Below, one piece after another: positions 57,235 through 64,000 of a stretch of 64,000 bases of DNA. The stretch lies in the NCBI RefSeq assembly GCF_009914755.1, contig NC_060929.1; one strand, written 5' to 3'. A program made the position numbers and the translations under genes. The stretch comes from the human T2T-CHM13v2.0 reference genome, Homo sapiens. Each line of letters starts with the position of its first letter. Position 1 is the first letter of the stretch. The notes beneath the pieces are model-generated. The model ran no database searches. It saw nothing but the letters and a program-made list of their open reading frames with translations, and was not told the DNA's origin.

Positions 57235-57628
57235 TGATATGGCTTGGATCTGTGTCCCTGCCCAAATCTCAAGTCCAGTTGTAATCCCCAGTGTTGAAGG
57301 TAGGGCCTGCTGAGAGGCGACTGGATCATGGGGGTGGAGTTATGAATGGTTGAGCAACATTCCCTTTTGATACTGTATAGTGAGTGAGATCTGGTTGTTT
57401 AAAATTGTGTGGCACCTCCCCCAAACCCTTGCTTCTGCTCTGGCCATGTAAGATGTGCCCGCTTTCCCTTTGCCTTCCTCCATGATTCTGAGTTCCCTGA
57501 GGCCTGCCCAGAAGCAGATTCTGCCATGCTTCCTGTACAGCCTGTGGAACTGTGAGTGAATTAAACCTCTTTGTAAATTATTCAGTCACAGGTATTTTTT
57601 TAGAGCAGTGTGGGAACTGATTAATACA
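57235..57628 (+). mobile_element. MSTA solo LTR
   Basis: TGATATGGCTTGGATCTGTGTCCCTGCCCAAATCTC...GATTAATACA; TSD AACAG/TACAG. Confidence 0.92.
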
Positions 57629-58379
57629 TACAGGTACTGGGGAACACAGTTCCCATTTCCTTGTCTCTCAGCCACATTGTTCTGTGGTTCCTTCTGGAAT
57701 TATCACACATTGTCCATGTGTTTAGGTGCCCAGGCCAAAGTCATCTTCTCTTGATTCTGACATTATCTATAGAGATATCCTTTGCTACTTCCTACGTGCT
57801 TTTATGCTACAGCAGAAACTGGGATAAAGGAGACAGAAAACCATCTTCAGTTGGATTTGCATTATAATCTATTGTATAACAAAACTGGTGTTTTATGTAG
57901 ATTTCTAAATATTTTCCATAGGGACTAGAATGATGGAACACTTTACTGGGGCCATTGCAAATGGTGGTGTAAGGTGTGCAGGGGCCAACTTGTGTGACAG
58001 ATCTGCTAAACAATCCATCATCACCATTGTCCTTGCCTCAGCCTTGCCCACCCTCATTCTTTGAACTGGTTCCCTCAGTTTTCCAAGGATTTCATTCCCA
58101 TAAGGAATGAAAATCCCTCTCACATAGACTCCTGATCAAATCATGAACCCAAACATATCCCCATCTCTAGGACACCTCCTGTGATGTGTATTCACTGCTC
58201 AGCTTCCAGATTCTAAAAATGTGTGCTCTGATGTAAGTCCCAAATAAATTTAAATGAGTTAAAATTTTATTGAACGTCTACTATGAGCTTAACACATTTG
58301 ATATTTTGAAAAATATCAATGCCCAATTCCTTTACTATAATTTATCAATGTAGAAATTGGGATAAGTTTAAAATTGAGA

Positions 58380-58960
58380 GGCCCAGGAATTGGGCTTATA
58401 TCCCTGTTGCCTCAATGACCAGGCATGTGATCTTAGGAAAGTCACTAAGTTCCTTTGTGCTCAAATTTCCTTTTTTATTTTTTGAAAGAAGAGTGGAGAT
58501 ACTGCTTCATTCATTCATTCATTCATTTCATATCTCTTGCATGCCTGTTATACAGAAGATAATAGAAACCCCAGGGATACAAGGTTGAGAAAAAGAAACT
58601 TGTGTTCCACATTTGTGAAAATTATAGTCTGCAGCACAAGGTTATTCTCAAAATCAATAAGATAATGGCTGTGAAAGTACTTTGAAAATGACAAATATTG
58701 CACATGCATTAATTTTACTCATCACCCCCATGCTTAAGAAATTCAGAAGATTTTTCAGGGCAACAATGATGACATGAATAAAACATGTAGAAATAAGTTT
58801 TACAGAAAAGGATAGACCTGTGTAGTGTATTTTATAGTCTAGTCCACCAATGCAGTAAAATTTCAAAGACGGACATTTGAAGTTGGTATGGAAGGATCAG
58901 AGAGACTTCCTGGAGGAGATAAAACTTGAGTTGGCCCCTTGACAGATGAGTTTCCATAAA
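58380..58960. mobile_element. MIR (+, ~58380-58500) followed by L2 pieces (-, ~58505-58960)
   Basis: ATGTGATCTTAGGAAAGTCACTAAGTTCCTTTGTGCTCAAATTTCC; (CATT)n tail and GATCAGAGAGACTTCCTGGAGGAGAT. Confidence 0.6.
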
Positions 58961-61585
58961 GGATTACCAGTACCTTTCTGCTTTCTTGATCCTTAGAATG
59001 TTTAATGAATAAAAATGCCTATGGTAAAGCAATGCATTGTGTTGACATATTTTAACATAGAGATCTCATTGTATTACTACCATAATGACCATAGGACTGG
59101 TTTAATTACTTCTCTTAACAGCATGGGTTTGAAGCAGATTTAGAGATTTCACTGTTGCTTAAAACTAAATGGAAAAAAACAAAAAACTGATGGCTTTACA
59201 GAAGAAATAGAAAGGTAATTTATTTCTTCTACTGAAAATGCAGCAGATACCCTGTGTTTCCTCTGACTCTGTTGAATTGTAGTATGGTCAGTGAAATTGA
59301 TATTCAGGTCAATATCATTCTTTAAACCTGCAATACTTTGTGGATATAATCTGTTTCTTATATGTTACTTTAAGTCATATTTTGCAAACGAACCTCATAC
59401 TCGATCGGGGAACTTGGCTATTTCAACAGTCATAAAACAATAAAATAAAAACATAAAACAAAAAAATAAAAATAAAACTACTTATGAAATTGGTGATAAA
59501 ATGCTTCAATATTTGTTGAAATAAAAAGCCATGTTATGTTTCATTAAAAAATGCATAAGAAACAGAAAACAGCTCCAACTGGGTTTCTGACTCAGTATTT
59601 TCTTCTTCTCCAAGTGAGCTCTTTCATACAAGATACTAAATTTAAAGTAAATATGGATGTCCCTCAGAAGCCAAAACCCTTGAAGAAAAATGTGAAAATA
59701 TATGTTAAGGGTTTGTATGATAGAGAATGTTTGATTTAGAATCTTTTTAGTATAACCATAGTAGTTACAAAAATCTGACTACCTATTAAGTTTATTTTGT
59801 TTCCGTATTTAACCCCAATTACCCTGTGCAGGGGAATTCTTTTAAAATTTAATTCCCCCTCTCATTTTTTTTCCCTGCTTCTGCAAGCCTTTTTCCCATC
59901 ATGTAAATTGCAGCAGGTGCACAAAATTGAAGACATCACAATTAAATGTAATCAAATATTTTAGGCACTAATGAACAGCTCCAGGAAAACAAGTCAAAAG
60001 AAAAAAAAAAAGCCTTTAAGTGAGTGGATTTTAAAACACCCGAGCCACCATAGGACCAATTAAGAGAGTCAGATACCAGGACACATCCTGACATTAATTA
60101 TCTTTGAGTTCAGGGAAATAAAAAATAAAAGCAACAATTATCATAATAAATCTCCACACAGTGCTTGTAAGTTGTGCTAATCTACAACACACCTGGGTTT
60201 CAGATATTTAAGGCGAATACTCAATCAGTTGGTAACGACCTCACAGAGGGGCTCATGGGACATTTTTTCCTTCCTGTGATCTGCCAATCAGATAGAGGGG
60301 CTAAAACGATGTCCAACAGCTATGTCTGCTTTATTTCGCATCACTCATGAGTTGCAGATAGAAGCACTGCATAATTTATTCAATAAAGTAAGTCACAAAG
60401 CCAGTATTCTCTTTAGGGGATGTTTATTCAAAAAGAAGGAAAAGTCAAGAATAGATACTCAAGGTAAAAATTTGAATCGTTGGAGTCCCAAAGTCCCAGA
60501 ATGTCTCTGTAAATTTATTCTCCCTGAAGCCAGAAAGAATCTTACTAAAGAGAACAAATATTTCAGTTTGGGAGTATGGGTTTTCATTTTTTTAAATGCA
60601 CAGGAGGGGTCAGAGAAAGAAAGTTAAGTGCTATAAGCAAAGAGGAATAGAAAGAAAAACTTGTTGTTAAAATTGATCTAAATTCTACCGATAATTTGAG
60701 AACAAGAGCATAATATTTTAACAAAAAAGGATATTTAAAAGTTAGATGATTGCCAGGATTCTTTAATCAGGGAAAAAAATAACATAAATATTAATTAGAA
60801 AAAACTATACAAGTGTTTGTATGTTGAATGCCTTCAATGTGATTCAGGTAGAAATGTAAAATTAATGACATCTTCCTAAACTTTTGATTAATAGTTTAAC
60901 ATAGTAACATTTTCAGTGGACTCCTAGTGGTATTAGATGAAAAAGAAAACAAATATATGATTTTCATCTTCTTGTCCCCTCTCTGAACCCAGAGTGATAA
61001 CTTTTCTTGAGGAAAGACACGTTCAAATTATATATGATTTTTTAAAGTTTTTACATTAATTTTAATATTTTGGGCCATGATGTTTATCCCAAAAATATAA
61101 CTTTGATTATTCTGTCTCCTAATCAACTGAGAATTCTGATAATGCATGTGGTAATTTCCTCAAGTGTTAAAATATGTATGATGTTTGTGCAACTTTTAAA
61201 TGTTTTATATCATACCGTGAAAAAGAAAAACATATACATATATTTATTCATTTTTGTTTGTTAGATCCACAATTTCAGTAGACTAAAAAATGTTGTAAAA
61301 GATAGTAAAAAGTAAACAAATGCTTTTATATTATGTAATACTTGACACAGACTAAAAGTGCTTCTAATCTAAATATTGGAGAAAACGAAATAGGCAGTTC
61401 TTTACCCACAGCTTACAACAAGCTGCGGAAACTCATTTCTAAATTTTGTACTTTGCAGTAACATTTTGATTCTTGTAAATTATATGCCTTCACATAGAAT
61501 GTCCTCATATAATGAAAAATTTTGAGTTATTTTTATTGTACATCTGCACATAGCTATATAAATTATGGCATGGCTAAATGTTTAA

Positions 61586-61860
<275 letters not shown>

Positions 61861-62082
61861 TAAACAACCTTTTTAAAAAATAATTTAATATTTTGGAAAT
61901 ATAGCCTTGGCTTCTGGAAAAGTTTTTTTGTTTTTGTTTGTTTTTTAGTGTTCTATCAAATCTAGAAAACACAAAAACATTTTAACACATTTTATTCCAT
62001 CAGAATTTGAAATGTATTTATACAGAAAGGCATGATTACAAAAAGATTTAAGACATAAAATCATGGAGAACATATTTGCAAA

Positions 62083-62534
62083 TGTATAGCAAAGTCTCAG
62101 CCTGCTATATAGGAATACCTGAGGCTGGGTCATTTATAAGGAAAAGAGGTGTATTTGTCTCACAGTTCTTCAGGTTGTACCAAAGCATGGCGCAGGCATC
62201 TGCTTCTGGTGAGGGCCTCAGGAAGCTTCCGATCATGGTGGAAGGCAAAGGGTAGCCAGACTCACTTGAAGAGAGAGGCAGAAAGAGAGAAGAAGGAAGA
62301 GACAGGAGGAAAGAGAGAGTGGAGAGAAGTGCCAGGCCCGTTTTAACAACCAGCTCTCGGGGCACATCTCCCAGGGAATAACAGAAGAACTCACTTATTA
62401 CCTCAAGGAAGGCACCAAGTCTTTCATGAAGGATCCACCCCATGACCCAAATACCTTCCAAGATGCCCCACCTGTAACACTGGAGATCAAATTTCATCCT
62501 GAGAATTGGAGGGTCAAATATCCAAACTATAGCA
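62083..62534 (-). mobile_element. MSTB solo LTR
   Basis: TGCTATATAGGAATACCTGAGGCTGGGT...GCATCTGCTTCTGGTGAGGGCCTCAGGAAGCTTCC...ATCCAAACTATAGCA. Confidence 0.9.
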
Positions 62535-63142
62535 GGTACTAACCTTAATAGATAAAAGTTCTCATGAACCATTTAAAAAATATCTATGTGGTTGTTTGTC
62601 AGCTCTCCCTGCTTTGCTGGCAGTGAGAGTGTCTCCGTGTGCACCAGCCACACGAGGAACATTCTCAGTGCAGCTGCTTTAAAAAAATAAAAATAAAAAT
62701 ATTTAAAAATACCCAATAATACAACTTTATACATTACAATGAACATAGAAAATGGTGCTAACATTTAATAATACATAAAGAAATGCACACTTTAAATGCA
62801 TTCAGTGCTTGAATGTGGAAACAATGACAGTTTTCAAACATCAAATATATAAAAAAAAAACTAATTGATAATCACCATCATAATAAATAATAAATGGGGG
62901 ATTATAAAATACCTTTATTAAAGGCTTTTCATTCACAATATCTTTCAGTAATAAAAAATGAGAATCAGTGCCTATGTCATTTAGAGACTGAGTAGTCTAT
63001 AAACAGATTATAATAGACATTGAAAGTTAGAATTTTAATTTTATTGATATGAGAGAGTTTTGTAGCATACATTTCAGTGAAAGTAACAGGTATTTAAATA
63101 TTTCTTAGTGTTATACTATTATATAATATGTTTAATCAAATA

Positions 63143-63236
63143 GTATGTGTGTATATATATATACACATATACACAGATACATATATACACATACATATAC
63201 ATATACTATATATATACACATATATGTATATATATG
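63143..63236. repeat. (TA)/(TACA)-rich low-complexity microsatellite
   Basis: Read directly. Confidence 0.85.
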
Positions 63237-63244
63237 ACATTCCT

Positions 63245-63530
63245 CTTTTTTTTTGAGTTGGAGCTTCACTCTTGGCATCCAGTCTGGAGTGCAATGGCGC
63301 AATTTCCGCTCACTGCAAACTTCGCCTCCAGGTTCAAATGATTCTCCTGCCTCAGCCTCCCAAGTAGCTGTGATTACAGGTACCTGCCACCATGCCCGGC
63401 TAATTTTTGTATTTTTAGTAGAGACGGGGGTTTCACCACGTTGGCCAGGCTGGTCTCGAACTCCTGACCTGAGGCCCACCTCAGTCTCCCAAAGTGCTGG
63501 GATTACGGGCGTGAGCCACCACGCCCAGCC
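63245..63530 (-). mobile_element. AluS (Sq/Sp-like) with a small left-arm deletion
   Basis: Canonical Alu; GACCTGAGGCCCACC lacks TGATCC. Confidence 0.93.
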
Positions 63531-63577
63531 AGCAGACATATTTCGTTTTGCCAACACAATATTTTTCTTTTAATTAG

Positions 63578-63919
<342 letters not shown>

Positions 63920-64000
63920 GATCAGACATTTTTCACATAAAACTCTAGATTTCTGACTTCTGAGAAATCCAAAGATTTGGCACCAGTGGCCCCACCTTTC

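Noticed and set aside
62105-62572. Longest ORF in the window (155 aa)
   Set aside because: Almost entirely within the MSTB LTR; a chance open frame.

Overview
This is AT-rich, CpG-depleted primate (very likely human) genomic DNA. It contains Alu J/S/Y SINEs, L1M and L2 LINE remnants, MIRs, MaLR/ERV LTRs (THE1, MST, MLT1, LTR16, MER50, MER67), hAT and mariner MITEs (MER58, MER20, MER5, MADE1) and microsatellites. I find no supportable protein-coding gene, tRNA/rRNA, CRISPR array or CpG island. The ORFs in the track look like repeat-derived or chance ORFs, so the window looks like a gene desert or a large intron. I did not find a new gene system. The most unusual structures are: (1) a MER58/Cheshire hAT element whose two ends and 8-bp target-site duplication (TSD) enclose ~400 bp of non-transposon DNA including a MIR, suggesting host-DNA capture; (2) a left-monomer-only AluY-type insertion with its own poly(A) and TSD; (3) a TSD-bounded 2.9-kb L1 joining mid-ORF1 to distal ORF2 at a 14-bp duplication; (4) a two-LTR MLT1 provirus; (5) a (GGAA)13 microsatellite; (6) several splice-site-bounded candidate exons and repeat-free enhancer-like islands. 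Repeat names come from recalled consensus similarity, not a database search. Subfamily calls and the boundaries of old elements are approximate.
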